From an uncultured Bacilli bacterium (GTDB lineage Bacteria > Bacillota_I > Bacilli_A > RF39 > UBA660), in contig CAKOLB010000002.1 in NCBI GenBank assembly GCA_934096125.1, positions 41,293-105,292 of the forward strand: a stretch of DNA of 64,000 nt, written 5' to 3'. Position numbers and translations under genes: made by a program. The notes under the pieces were generated by a model that was not told where the DNA came from, made no database searches, and saw only the letters and a program-made list of their open reading frames with translations. This document shows, piece after piece, positions 9,689 to 19,690 of the stretch (positions within the stretch are counted from its first letter, which is position 1; the number at the start of each line of letters is the position of its first letter).

Positions 9689-10465
9689 TTATTTACCTAC
9701 CATGTATCCACAATGAATACATAGATTTTCCTTTCTTTTTTTATTTTTAAAGCCTTCTTGCATATTCTTAGCCCTCGGACTTTCTAAAACTTTATTTAAA
9801 TCATCTTCATAAATATTTCCAAGAGTTATATCTCCTTTACTATCTAGGCAGCATGGGACGATACTTCCATCGACCAAAATAGCTATGTGGTCTTTTAAAG
9901 CATAACATGCGCCACTTTCATTATGTAAATTGTTGTTTAAATCAGGCCAAATGAAGTTTTTGTCCATGTCCCAAAATACATTATCTGAAAGCTTATGTGA
10001 TCCAGTAATTTGCCAATGATATTTTTCTTCTAAAGCTTTAATAACTACTGGACTTTTAGTAGTCCATAACCGGTAGTTGATAAAGGTGTGCTTTTTAAGT
10101 TTATCGGTAGCTGCAAATATTTCTCCTAGCTTAAGGCGTGCTTTTTCATCATCATAACTATGAAGAGAGATATTTATTTGTCTTATGTTTTTATTATTTC
10201 TAATCAAAGAAAGAAAATAGCCATTGGTTGTAACATTTACATAAAAGTCTTGGCTGGCATAATCAATAAACTTATTTATCTCTGGGTGCATAAGAGGCTC
10301 GCCTAAAACATGAAGATAAATGTATTTAGTGTGGCCTTTTATTTTTTTTAGTATCTTTTGAAAATTATCAAAAGTCATGTTTTGGGATTTCCTTGAGTTC
10401 TTAATGCAAAAGTGGCAATTAAAATTACAATTATTAGTTATTTCAATATATATTTTTTTTAGCAT
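9689..10465 (-). CDS. radical SAM protein with C-terminal twitch/SPASM-like Cys cluster
   Basis: CNFNCHFC (Cx3Cx2C) at residues 13-20; C-terminal C-x12-G-x4-C...CxxC (CYALKDHIAILVDGSIVPCC...CIHCGY). Confidence 0.7.
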   Translation of the reverse strand: MLKKIYIEITNNCNFNCHFCIKNSRKSQNMTFDNFQKILKKIKGHTKYIYLHVLGEPLMHPEINKFIDYASQDFYVNVTTNGYFLSLIRNNKNIRQINISLHSYDDEKARLKLGEIFAATDKLKKHTFINYRLWTTKSPVVIKALEEKYHWQITGSHKLSDNVFWDMDKNFIWPDLNNNLHNESGACYALKDHIAILVDGSIVPCCLDSKGDITLGNIYEDDLNKVLESPRAKNMQEGFKNKKRKENLCIHCGYMVGK

Positions 10466-10686
10466 TAAAATATCAATATATCAATTTTAGTCATCAAGTC
10501 CACTTTAATGCCCCAAAGTTTTAAAATTCTAATGATACTTCCCACGATTAAATAAATACTAAAAAGGCAGATAAAAAGACCAAAAGCCCCATCGATACGC
10601 ATGATAAAACATTCAAAGAACAAAAGAACTATTGCACAAAACAATAATAAAATATAACTTTTTATATTTGCTTTTATATTAATCAC
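10465..10686 (-). CDS. small hydrophobic protein (73 aa, GTG start); status uncertain
   Basis: Start codon overlaps the rSAM start; two predicted TM helices; weak RBS. Confidence 0.3.
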   Translation of the reverse strand: MINIKANIKSYILLLFCAIVLLFFECFIMRIDGAFGLFICLFSIYLIVGSIIRILKLWGIKVDLMTKIDILIF

Positions 10687-10941
10687 CCACTTTTCTTCAT
10701 TTTAGCACCCTTTAGCTTTTTTGTAAAACTAAATTTTAATAGCAAAGATAGAGATAAATATCATGGTTTTAAGATATTTATATTACGACTTAGAAATATA
10801 ATATTAAAAATTAAAAGTATGATAAAATTATATTAATTATTAACAGATTGGGCAGATGCATCTGACTAACTACGAAAGGAGAAATTATGTTAGAAAATAA
10901 AATATTTTGATAAAAAAAGTAATACCCTAGTCTTTAGAGTA

Positions 10942-11691
10942 TTACTTATTAATTTTGTATGTTTCTCCCGTGAAGTTGCTAAAATCTATCGCCTGTGTAT
11001 CCTCTTTTTTTGGCTTTGTTTCTTCATTTAACTGAGGTAAATCTAGAACTTCCTCTTCATCATCTAGAATAGTAAATAAGCTAGATTGATTGTTTTCTTT
11101 AGCTTTGTTATCAGCTTCACTGTTTACGTAAACTGAGCTGAAAACTGAACTTGGTTTATAAGTTGGCTTATCCTCTTTTACTTCATCTTTAATATCAGGT
11201 ATATCAATTGAATTAAATTCTTTTTTTATGTTGTCAAGCTCGCTTAAGTCAGTGATTAAAGTGCTATCATCTTCATCATCAAGCATTGGCATTTTATTAA
11301 ATTCTTCAAAGTTAATCGGCTTATTGTCTTCTTCTGTTAAATGAGGTTTAACTGGTTCTTCTGCAGGGGCTTCATTTTGCATAGCCATATTTACTTCCGT
11401 GCTTAAGTTTGGCATAAACTCCGTAATATTAACATTTTCATCTGCTTTAGTCTCGGGAACTTTTACTTCATCCCTCGCTTGTTCTTTTACTTCAATTTTA
11501 GCAGGCGAAGTATCTTCTTCTTTAAAAGCTTCAACCTCTAACTTTTGAAGTCTTTTCGTCTCTTCTAACTTTTGGTCTTTTTTACCGAAAAGAAGAACAA
11601 CAACAAATAAGATAATAAGAATTACCAAAGCTATGGTTAAATAGATAGTAAAGTTATCATTTTTATATAAATCATATAGAAAATCAATCAT
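10942..11691 (-). CDS. hypothetical membrane-anchored acidic protein
   Basis: 249 aa; single N-terminal TM helix then highly acidic low-complexity tail. Confidence 0.5.
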   Translation of the reverse strand: MIDFLYDLYKNDNFTIYLTIALVILIILFVVVLLFGKKDQKLEETKRLQKLEVEAFKEEDTSPAKIEVKEQARDEVKVPETKADENVNITEFMPNLSTEVNMAMQNEAPAEEPVKPHLTEEDNKPINFEEFNKMPMLDDEDDSTLITDLSELDNIKKEFNSIDIPDIKDEVKEDKPTYKPSSVFSSVYVNSEADNKAKENNQSSLFTILDDEEEVLDLPQLNEETKPKKEDTQAIDFSNFTGETYKINK

Positions 11692-11791
11692 GTAGACACC
11701 TCTTTTATTCTATATGTCAATTTTAACAAAATATGAAATAAAAGTAAATAGCATTTGACATTTATTTACAAGCATGAAAAAAATAGACTAT

Positions 11792-12010
11792 TTATTTAAA
11801 TCTATTCATTTGTTGCATTACTTGTTTTATTTGTTTTTGACTTGGCTTTCTGCCCATTTGAGACATCATCACTTCAATCATCTTTTCATTAATTGGGGGA
11901 TTTTCGTTTAACATTTTTTTCATGAAAAATCTGGCTAAAAGAAAACCGATGACAAGGCCAATGATAATGCCAATAATTAGGTATAGTATTAGTTTACCCA
12001 TATTTATCAC
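11792..12010 (-). CDS. yneF: UPF0154 family small membrane protein YneF
   Basis: 72 aa; LARFFMKKMLNENPPINEKMIEVMMSQMGRKPSQKQI matches the YneF/UPF0154 consensus. Confidence 0.8.
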   Translation of the reverse strand: MINMGKLILYLIIGIIIGLVIGFLLARFFMKKMLNENPPINEKMIEVMMSQMGRKPSQKQIKQVMQQMNRFK

Positions 12011-12027
12011 TCCCTAAGTTAATTTTA

Positions 12028-12456
12028 CTATAAACAAGCTAACTTCTCAAGCCAAAAGTAGTCTTTTGCTTCAAAATCACAAGCAAAAAGATTTTCATCG
12101 CACAAGAATTTACAAATATTTTTGGTTAAAACGTTAGTCTTCAAAAGAATGTGAGAGTTTTTTACTGTAATGACTGTATTTTCTTCCCGATACTTATTGA
12201 TTATCTTATGAATGTCCCCACTTTTAATGTAAAAATCGTTATTTTTATTCTTTTCATAAATTAGTTTATTGTATTTTAGTTTATCTATTGGCACAATGAT
12301 TTGGTCAAGTAAATCTTTGCCAAGATTAATATTTGCTTTATCAAGATAATAAATATCTTCCAAAGACTTAAATAAATTGTGTGGACTTTCCTTTAAAAGG
12401 ATTGCCATTTCCTTGCTAATTTTAAATATATAAAATGTTCTCATTTCTTCACCCAA
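12028..12456 (-). CDS. sirA: SirA-like sporulation inhibitor of replication (YneE family)
   Basis: 142 aa. Position between yneF and tkt as in B. subtilis. N-terminal RTFYIFKISKEMA and C-terminal LFACDFEAKDYFWLEKL resemble SirA (R.YYTYLIKEEFA ... FLAMDFNSKRYGWL). Confidence 0.5.
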   Translation of the reverse strand: MGEEMRTFYIFKISKEMAILLKESPHNLFKSLEDIYYLDKANINLGKDLLDQIIVPIDKLKYNKLIYEKNKNNDFYIKSGDIHKIINKYREENTVITVKNSHILLKTNVLTKNICKFLCDENLFACDFEAKDYFWLEKLACL

Positions 12457-12489
12457 GTATATGATACCAAGGAGAAAACGAGAACATTG

Positions 12490-14493
12490 TTAGATTGTGT
12501 CGATTAACTCTTCATTACTTAAAAATTTAGAAATTTTGGTTAAAATACTATTCTTATCCATTTTCATGTACTTAATTACTTCTTCAGGTTTACCACTCAT
12601 ACCAAATTTATTAACACCGAAAATGTATTCTGGCTTGCTGGCAAATCTATTCCATATAAGAGAGCTTCCGGCTTCGATAACAAAGGTTGGAACTTCTTTG
12701 GGAAGAAGTTGTTTTTCATAGTTAGGATTTTGCTTTAAGAAAAGTTCCATACTTGGCATTGAAACAACTCTGGTATCTATTCCTAAAGTAAATAGTTCTT
12801 TTGATATTTCCATTGCTACTTCTAGTTCACTACCAGTTGCAATGATTATACCATCTAAATGATACTTTTCTTTGCGAACCATGTATGCTCCATATTTAAC
12901 AAATTTGGCATTAGTATTCTTTTGACGATTTCTAACTTCTTTGCTAATAACTAAGCTAGTAGCACAGTTATTTTTTAAAATATATTCCCAAGAGCCCATG
13001 ATTTCATTGATATCAGCGGGACGAAATGTTAAAAGATTAGGAATAGTTCTTAAAGCACTAAGCTGCTCTACCGGCTCATGAGTAGGTCCATCTTGGCCAA
13101 CATATATTGAGTCATGGGTAAATATGTAGGTAACTGGTAAGTTCATTAGTGCGGATAATCTAATAGCTGGTTTTAAATAATCACTAAAGGATAAAAAGGT
13201 TGAACCAAAGACTTTTAGATTGGATAAAGCCATACCATTTAATATTGCTCCCATGGCATGCTCCCGAACACCAAAATAAATATTTTTACCAAGCGGATTT
13301 TTACTGCTTTGAATGGTAGATTTATCTAAAGCAGTTTTACAAGAGCTGGAAAGGTCGGCAGAACCACCAAGGAAGAAAGGACTTTTGGGAGATATTAAGT
13401 TCATGACTTTATGATTGCTATCACGAAGAGCTTCTTTGTAGTCATCACTAATTTTAAATTTACTATCATCAAAGTCAATTACAAAAGCATTTCTTTCAAG
13501 AAGATTAAGTAAATGAACAAGGCCTGTTAACTCCTCTTCTTTAACAGTCGTATACTCTTCTTTCCAAGCTGCATACTTTTTATTTACCCTTAGATTAATA
13601 CTGTCTTGTAAATATTTTAAAATAGTACTAGGAATGCTGAATGCTGGTTCGGTAATTTTATATTCTTTTTTAATACTGGCAAGGTCACTTTTGGTTAGAG
13701 GTGCACCATGCACTTTGTTAGTTCCCTCTAGTTTAGAGTCTTCACCGATTATAGTGTTACAAATAATAATTGATGGTCTTTTACTCTTTTTAGCTTTTTT
13801 GATAGCACTACTTATCTCTTTATAATCACTACCATCTTTAACATCTATAATATTAAAATCTAAGGCTTCAAAACGAGTGTAAATATTTTCCGTAAAAGTA
13901 ATATCGGTACTACTATCAAGACTTACTTCATTATGGTCATATAAAAGTATTAACTTGTTTAAATTTTGGGTGCTAGCAAAAGATAACGCTTCATAACTAA
14001 CCCCTTCCATTAAATCACCATCACCACAAAGACAGTAAGTATAATAGTCTAAAAGTTTAGTATCATTTTTTTCTTTTTTAGCAATTGCATCTAAATATCT
14101 TTGCGCTAGAGCCATTCCAACAGCCATCCCTACGCCTTCTCCTAAAGGACCAGTGGTAACATCAACACCTGGAGTTACTTTATATTCTGGATGACCGGGA
14201 GTTAAGGAATTTAAGTCCCGAAAATGTTTTAATTCTTCCATTTCAATATCAAAACCCATGTGATAAAGACAAGAATACAGTAAAGCCGAACCATGACCTG
14301 CTGATAAAACAAATCTATCTCGCCCGACCCAAGTACTATTTCCAGGAACTACATTTAGATGGTCTTTGTAAAGTGCATAAATTATTGATGCTGCTCCTAA
14401 AACTATTCCTGGATGGCCACTTTTAGCTTTATCTATCATGTCTAGAGCTAAGACTTTAATACTATTTATTGCCATGTTATCCATTTTACTCAT
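12490..14493 (-). CDS. tkt: transketolase
   Basis: 667 aa with thiamine-PP motif SGHPGIVLGAAS and transketolase length/organisation. Confidence 0.9.
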   Translation of the reverse strand: MSKMDNMAINSIKVLALDMIDKAKSGHPGIVLGAASIIYALYKDHLNVVPGNSTWVGRDRFVLSAGHGSALLYSCLYHMGFDIEMEELKHFRDLNSLTPGHPEYKVTPGVDVTTGPLGEGVGMAVGMALAQRYLDAIAKKEKNDTKLLDYYTYCLCGDGDLMEGVSYEALSFASTQNLNKLILLYDHNEVSLDSSTDITFTENIYTRFEALDFNIIDVKDGSDYKEISSAIKKAKKSKRPSIIICNTIIGEDSKLEGTNKVHGAPLTKSDLASIKKEYKITEPAFSIPSTILKYLQDSINLRVNKKYAAWKEEYTTVKEEELTGLVHLLNLLERNAFVIDFDDSKFKISDDYKEALRDSNHKVMNLISPKSPFFLGGSADLSSSCKTALDKSTIQSSKNPLGKNIYFGVREHAMGAILNGMALSNLKVFGSTFLSFSDYLKPAIRLSALMNLPVTYIFTHDSIYVGQDGPTHEPVEQLSALRTIPNLLTFRPADINEIMGSWEYILKNNCATSLVISKEVRNRQKNTNAKFVKYGAYMVRKEKYHLDGIIIATGSELEVAMEISKELFTLGIDTRVVSMPSMELFLKQNPNYEKQLLPKEVPTFVIEAGSSLIWNRFASKPEYIFGVNKFGMSGKPEEVIKYMKMDKNSILTKISKFLSNEELIDTI

Positions 14494-14562
14494 AATTAAA
14501 TCACTCCTATGCTATAAATAATAATATCATACTCTTAAAAAAATGAAAAGCGAAACAAATAA

Positions 14563-15024
14563 TTGACTACATGTAAAGTAAGTGTTATGTTTGATTTGGT
14601 GATAATTATGTTTAGGGAACTACTAGATTTACAAGGGAGGTATCCGCTTGCAGTTTTTTCACATCTTTCAGCCCTTTATATTTTGGGACTTGAAGAAGAA
14701 AAAGAGATTATGATAACAACAGTTTATGGCTATCATAATCCAAAATTAAACTTGTATAAAGTGTTTTATGTAAAAAAAGAAGTTCTAAATTTAGGGCTGG
14801 TTAAAATAAACTTATTTGGAGGAGTTCTTAAATGCTATGATTTAGAAAGAACGGTATGTGATTTAATTCGGGGAAAGAAAATTATTAATCTTAAAAAAAA
14901 GCAGTATTTACTTAAGAAATACTTGCGAAAATGTAATAAGGAAAAATTACTTGGATATGCCAAAGTTTTAGATATGGAAAAAATTGTTGTTTGTTATCTT
15001 AAATACCTATATGATTTTGATTAA
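14563..15024 (+). CDS. hypothetical protein
   Basis: 153-aa ORF, Lys-rich C-terminus; no confident motif. Confidence 0.35.
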   Translation: MTTCKVSVMFDLVIIMFRELLDLQGRYPLAVFSHLSALYILGLEEEKEIMITTVYGYHNPKLNLYKVFYVKKEVLNLGLVKINLFGGVLKCYDLERTVCDLIRGKKIINLKKKQYLLKKYLRKCNKEKLLGYAKVLDMEKIVVCYLKYLYDFD

Positions 15025-15026
15025 GG

Positions 15027-15983
15027 CTAGCTATAGATAAGATAAGTGTAATAAATAATTAGAAGAGCTAAGAATATACAGCCATGGACTTTGGTTATTT
15101 TTTTCTTTTTTAGAGCAAAAAAACATAATAAAGTAGCACTTAATAGCATTAAAAGAATATCTACTCCACTTATGTTTATATTGGTTACTTCTTTAATGAA
15201 GGTTATGGGAAAACCAAGGACTACGCCGATATTAAAGATATTTGAACCGATGACATTACCAATAGCTATATCAAACTCACCCTTTTTGGTTGCTGTTAAA
15301 GATGTAATAAGCTCAGGAAGACTTGTTCCAAAGGCGACAATTGTAAGACCGATAACTTTTTCGTTAATACCGATTTTTCCAGCTAGATAGATACTGGCAT
15401 CGACAACGAAATTGCTACCAATTATGACGGCGACAAGACCAAACAAGGCATAAAGTATTGATTTCAAAAGGGGCAAGCATTCCTCTTCATCTAAAGCATT
15501 ATTATCTTTTTCTTTGGAAAGATTAATTAAATACCATATAAATATGCCAAAGAAAGCGAGAATGATGAAGCCATCAAGGCGAGTTAAATCATTAACTACT
15601 GCTCCTTTTATAAGTTTATCAGACATTAAAATAACAAAAAGAAAAGTAATGCCAAGTAAAATGGGCAGTTCTTTTTGAACTGTTGTTTTTTTTACCACTA
15701 AAGGATGAATTAAAGAACAGGCCCCAATAATTAAAAAGATATTTAAGATATTTGAGCCAATGACATTACCTAAAGCAATATCGTTACTACCGGCAAGTAA
15801 AGCCTTGATGCTAACTGCCATCTCGGGAGCACTGGTTCCAAAAGCAACAACTGTAAGACCAATTAAAAGTTTTGAGACATTAAAGTTTCTAGCAATATTA
15901 GCTGAGCCATCAACAAAGACATCTGCCCCCTTAATTAAGAGTACAAACCCTAATAATAAAATTCCAAAATATATAAGTAACAT
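15027..15983 (-). CDS. CaCA-family cation/Ca2+ antiporter (YrbG-like)
   Basis: 318 aa; two alpha-repeats GTSAPEMAVS and GTSLPELITS, GNVIGSNIFN. Confidence 0.8.
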   Translation of the reverse strand: MLLIYFGILLLGFVLLIKGADVFVDGSANIARNFNVSKLLIGLTVVAFGTSAPEMAVSIKALLAGSNDIALGNVIGSNILNIFLIIGACSLIHPLVVKKTTVQKELPILLGITFLFVILMSDKLIKGAVVNDLTRLDGFIILAFFGIFIWYLINLSKEKDNNALDEEECLPLLKSILYALFGLVAVIIGSNFVVDASIYLAGKIGINEKVIGLTIVAFGTSLPELITSLTATKKGEFDIAIGNVIGSNIFNIGVVLGFPITFIKEVTNINISGVDILLMLLSATLLCFFALKKKKITKVHGCIFLALLIIYYTYLIYS

Positions 15984-16094
15984 AAAAAAACCACAACCTC
16001 TAATATGAGCATATCATAGATAATTACAAAGATAAACATGTTTTGGATGAAAAAAAATAATTATACATTAAGTATAACTATTAGCTAATATATT

Positions 16095-16171
16095 TGGCGT
16101 CCTCGAGAAGAGTCGAACTTCCGACCTATTGCTTAGGAGGCAACCGCTCTATCCTACTGAGCTACGAGGAC
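16095..16171 (-). tRNA. tRNA-Arg (anticodon CCT)
   Basis: Reverse complement GTCCTCGTAGCTCAGTAGGATAGAGCGGTTGCCTCCTAAGCAATAGGTCGGAAGTTCGACTCTTCTCGAGGACGCCA folds as a cloverleaf with anticodon loop CTCCTAA and 3' CCA. Confidence 0.85.
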
Positions 16172-16227
16172 AAGAAATACAAGTTAATTATAGCATATTT
16201 TTTTTAAAGTGCCTAGGCTTTTTTCAA

Positions 16228-16239
16228 AACATTTGTTTG
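16228..16239. promoter_or_regulatory. candidate LexA (Cheo-type AAC-N4-GTT) operator upstream of lexA
   Basis: aAACatttGTTt lies within a 17-nt near-palindrome tcaaaacatttgtttga ~45 nt upstream of the lexA start. Confidence 0.3.
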
Positions 16240-16291
16240 ACTTTTGGTAAATACTAGTTTAAAATAAGGGTAATTAAGAAGGATGGTATTT

Positions 16292-16921
16292 ATGGAGATG
16301 GAGAAAAAGCAATTAACGAAAAGACAAAGTGAAATATTAACTTTTATTAAAAAATATATTGCAAGGCATGGTTATCCTCCGGCAATTAGGGAAATTTGCT
16401 CAGGAGTTGGGTTAAGTAGTCCTGCTACAGTCTTTGTTCATGTTAAAAATTTAGAGAATTTAGGTTATATTAAATCAACAAATAATAAATTTAGAACACT
16501 AGAACTTTTGGTTGATAATGAATATGCCGAAAAGAATGAAGAGATTGTTAAAGTTCCTTTGCTAGGAAAAATTACAGCAGGCTGTCCTATTACAGCGATT
16601 GAAAACCCTGGAGAATATTTTGATGTTCCCTCTTATATGGTTCCTAAAAATTCCGAAGTGTTTACCTTACACGTTAGTGGTGAGTCAATGATTAACAAGG
16701 GGATTTATGATGATGATTATGTAATTGTGAAAAGAACTCATAATGCTAAAAATGGTGATATAGTTGTTGCCATGACTGATGAAAATGAAGTTACTCTGAA
16801 AACATTTTACAAAGAAAGCAATCATATTAGATTACAACCTGAAAATGATACGATGGCTCCTTTAATCTTTGATAATATAACTATTTTGGGAACCGCTGTT
16901 GGCCTTTACCGAAAATTTTAA
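16292..16921 (+). CDS. lexA: LexA repressor (S24 peptidase)
   Basis: wHTH N-terminus plus GESM (Ser nucleophile) and ..KRT.. Lys region; RBS GAAGGA 8 nt before the ATG at 16292 (ORF track starts at 16283). Confidence 0.85.
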   Translation: MEMEKKQLTKRQSEILTFIKKYIARHGYPPAIREICSGVGLSSPATVFVHVKNLENLGYIKSTNNKFRTLELLVDNEYAEKNEEIVKVPLLGKITAGCPITAIENPGEYFDVPSYMVPKNSEVFTLHVSGESMINKGIYDDDYVIVKRTHNAKNGDIVVAMTDENEVTLKTFYKESNHIRLQPENDTMAPLIFDNITILGTAVGLYRKF

Positions 16922-16924
16922 AAA

Positions 16925-16968
16925 GATATTAAGATTTTTTTCAAGTTCTTAACATCTTTTTTTATATG
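16925..16968 (+). terminator. rho-independent terminator after lexA
   Basis: GATATTAAGA...TCTTAACATC hairpin followed by TTTTTTT. Confidence 0.5.
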
Positions 16969-17279
16969 TAATTTTCTCAATATATTCTCTGATTTTTAGG
17001 GTTTTTCACAAAATTCCAGCAATTTTGAACATTATTACATATTTTCCCCATTTAAGAATTTATAGATGACTACTTTTGCAATAAAAACTTCAATTTTTGA
17101 TTTTTATTTTATTTTTTTGCGTTTTTTTGGGTAATTTAAGCAAATAAAAAGCATATTTTTTATTAATTATGTTTGTTTCGCATCCCCAAAACTAACTCTT
17201 GATAAAAGCACAATTTTTATCAAAAATTCTCAATTAAGTGAACAACCATATAAAAACTAGATAAATTTATTTACCTAGT

Positions 17280-18440
17280 CTACTTAACAAAAAATACAAC
17301 GTAACTTAAGAAAAGCAAGTAAAGAGCCATAACAATGCAACCATTAATCATATCTCTTTTAGCACTTTTTCCCTCAATACCAACAGCCATAGAGGCTAAA
17401 TATCCTCCTATTAAACCGCCAACATGAGCAGCATTATCAATTCCACTGACGGAAAAGCCGATAAGTAAGTTTAAAAGAATAATAGGAATGATTTGGTTTT
17501 TAATAGCACCACTTAAATATAAACGATAGTGATAACCAAAATATAGTAAAGCACCCATAAGTCCAAATAAAGCTCCACTCGCTCCAACTGAAACAATATT
17601 ACTACTTGCAAATACTAAAGATAATAAACTACCACTTATTGCACTAATAATGTAAATAAAGGTAAACTTCCACCGGCCAATATAAGTTTCCACTTGAGAA
17701 CCAATAATAATTAAAGAATACATATTAACAAGCAAATGAAGTAGTCCGGCATGAAGAAAAGCACATGTTAGAAGTCGCCATATCTCTCCATTTTGAACAA
17801 GCATTAAGTTATTTGCTCCTAAAGATGCTAAACTAGATGCATCAAATGCAAAGATATTACCACTTTTGATACAAGAAATAAAATACATTATAAGACAAAT
17901 AGCAATAATTATTTTAGTAAAAATTATCTTTTTGGGAGAAAAAACCTTAGCAAACAATTTATTATTATTTTCAGTCTTCTTATTTATATCATTTGTGACA
18001 TTAATAATAAGTTCTAATCCATCATCGGATTCAATAAGTTCATTTTTAATGTCGGGAAAAACTTCCACGATACTTGGACACTTCTTTATCTCTTTAAAAC
18101 TATCAGCTTTAATCGTTTGAATATATTTATCACTTGGAGTATCCACCCTATTACTCATATCTAAGCATATATTTAAAGCATTAACTTTGAGAGATAAAGT
18201 TTTTTTCTTAATCTGTTTCATTATCTGTCTCATCTTAAATAAATCAAATTTGCACTGTTCTTCATTAATAATAGAGTTATTACTAATACGAATGATTTTA
18301 TATGGGCCTTCCAAATTTTCTAGCCATATTTCATCTTTTATCCCTTGAACATGCACGGGAGCATAGTTTTTTTTTGTCACAAAATAATGTACTAGACTCA
18401 TCATTATTTGGTCATTTTTTCTTATCATTACTGATGCCAT
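17280..18440 (-). CDS. rhomboid-family intramembrane serine protease with N-terminal cytoplasmic domain (GluP-like)
   Basis: GASGALFGLMGALL (GxSG) and HVGGLIGGYLA catalytic His in the C-terminal 6-TM core. Confidence 0.8.
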   Translation of the reverse strand: MASVMIRKNDQIMMSLVHYFVTKKNYAPVHVQGIKDEIWLENLEGPYKIIRISNNSIINEEQCKFDLFKMRQIMKQIKKKTLSLKVNALNICLDMSNRVDTPSDKYIQTIKADSFKEIKKCPSIVEVFPDIKNELIESDDGLELIINVTNDINKKTENNNKLFAKVFSPKKIIFTKIIIAICLIMYFISCIKSGNIFAFDASSLASLGANNLMLVQNGEIWRLLTCAFLHAGLLHLLVNMYSLIIIGSQVETYIGRWKFTFIYIISAISGSLLSLVFASSNIVSVGASGALFGLMGALLYFGYHYRLYLSGAIKNQIIPIILLNLLIGFSVSGIDNAAHVGGLIGGYLASMAVGIEGKSAKRDMINGCIVMALYLLFLSYVVFFVK

Positions 18441-18505
18441 TTATCTCTCTCCTTGTTCTATTATTTTACACTAAAACATATCTTTAGTAAAGAGGTGACG
18501 AAATC

Positions 18506-18820
18506 TTGCTTACATACTTATTTTATATTTTGTCTTTGTCTTTAATTGTCATTATCCTTTTGAAAATTAACAGTTTTCATCTTTTTGATATGCCTTTAGT
18601 TTTTTCAGTCGCAACTAACTACTTACTTAACTTCTCAACTTCTCTTTTTGCCTTTTATTTTCATAACTACTTATTTGCTTTTGTCAGCAGCATTATGCTT
18701 CTAGGCTTTACAATTTTACTCATATATGATTTTAAAAGAATACTTGGTTATATTCCTGTTTTAGCTTTGCCTTACTTACTTTTTAATATTTATACGTTAA
18801 TTAATCTACTTTTCATCTAA
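18506..18820 (+). CDS. hypothetical small membrane protein (TTG start)
   Basis: RBS AAAGAGGTGA 7 nt upstream of TTG; 104 aa, 3 TM helices. Confidence 0.35.
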   Translation: MLTYLFYILSLSLIVIILLKINSFHLFDMPLVFSVATNYLLNFSTSLFAFYFHNYLFAFVSSIMLLGFTILLIYDFKRILGYIPVLALPYLLFNIYTLINLLFI

Positions 18821-19690
18821 CTCATCTAATGTTTTTTGAAACTCACTTGGAACATTTCTTTGAAAATCAAGGACTTTATTTGTGATGGGATGAACAAAGT
18901 GGATGTGATAAGAATGAAGATACTGGCCAAAGCTAGTGGCATTTTTATTTCCATATACTGGGTCATTATGGACAGGATAACCAGTGTAAGCAAGATGAAC
19001 TCTAATTTGATGAGTACGCCCTGTTTCTAAAGATAACTTTACAAGCGTATTTTCTTTATATTTTTTTATTACTTCAACATGAGTGATAGCTTTTTTGCCA
19101 CCTGCTATTATATCCATTTTATCAAATCTTGATTTACTACGGCCAATTGGCGCATCAATCACAGCTTTCTCTTGTGGAAATACTCCATCTAACAAAGCAA
19201 TATATTCTCTTTTTACTTCCTTATTTTTAAACATTTCGGTTAAAGCTTCATGACACTTATCATCTTTAGATACTACCATAAGGCCACTTGTATCTTTATC
19301 AAGGCGGTGGACAATCCCAGGCCGAAAACTTACCTTACCTCCTAAACTTTGAGTGTAGTTTAAAAGGCCATTAACTAAAGTATTAGTGTAGTTGCCGGCG
19401 CCAGGATGAACAACAAGACCACTTGGCTTATTAATAATCATAAGATACTCATCTTCATAAACGATATCTAAATCCATGGGAGTAGCTTCTAAAGTACACT
19501 CTTTAATGAAGCCATCTTTAATAGATATTTCATCACCTAGTTTTACTTTATAACTTGGTTTTACTTTCTTTTCATTTAAAGTTATAAAACCTTCTTCAAT
19601 CATCTTGGTAATATTTTCCCGGCTTATATCTGTTTTATTACTTAAATACTTATCAATTCGGATATTTTCCGCATTACTTACTATGTTCAT
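18806..19690 (-). CDS. rluD: RluA-family 23S rRNA pseudouridine synthase (RluD-like)
   Basis: S4 domain N-terminus and HRLDKDTSGLMVV catalytic motif. Confidence 0.85.
   Translation of the reverse strand: MNIVSNAENIRIDKYLSNKTDISRENITKMIEEGFITLNEKKVKPSYKVKLGDEISIKDGFIKECTLEATPMDLDIVYEDEYLMIINKPSGLVVHPGAGNYTNTLVNGLLNYTQSLGGKVSFRPGIVHRLDKDTSGLMVVSKDDKCHEALTEMFKNKEVKREYIALLDGVFPQEKAVIDAPIGRSKSRFDKMDIIAGGKKAITHVEVIKKYKENTLVKLSLETGRTHQIRVHLAYTGYPVHNDPVYGNKNATSFGQYLHSYHIHFVHPITNKVLDFQRNVPSEFQKTLDELDEK

Noticed and set aside
10465-10686. 73-aa hydrophobic ORF upstream of the radical SAM gene as a RiPP precursor
   Set aside because: GTG start with poor RBS, two TM-like helices and no leader/core organisation; more likely a membrane protein or non-coding.
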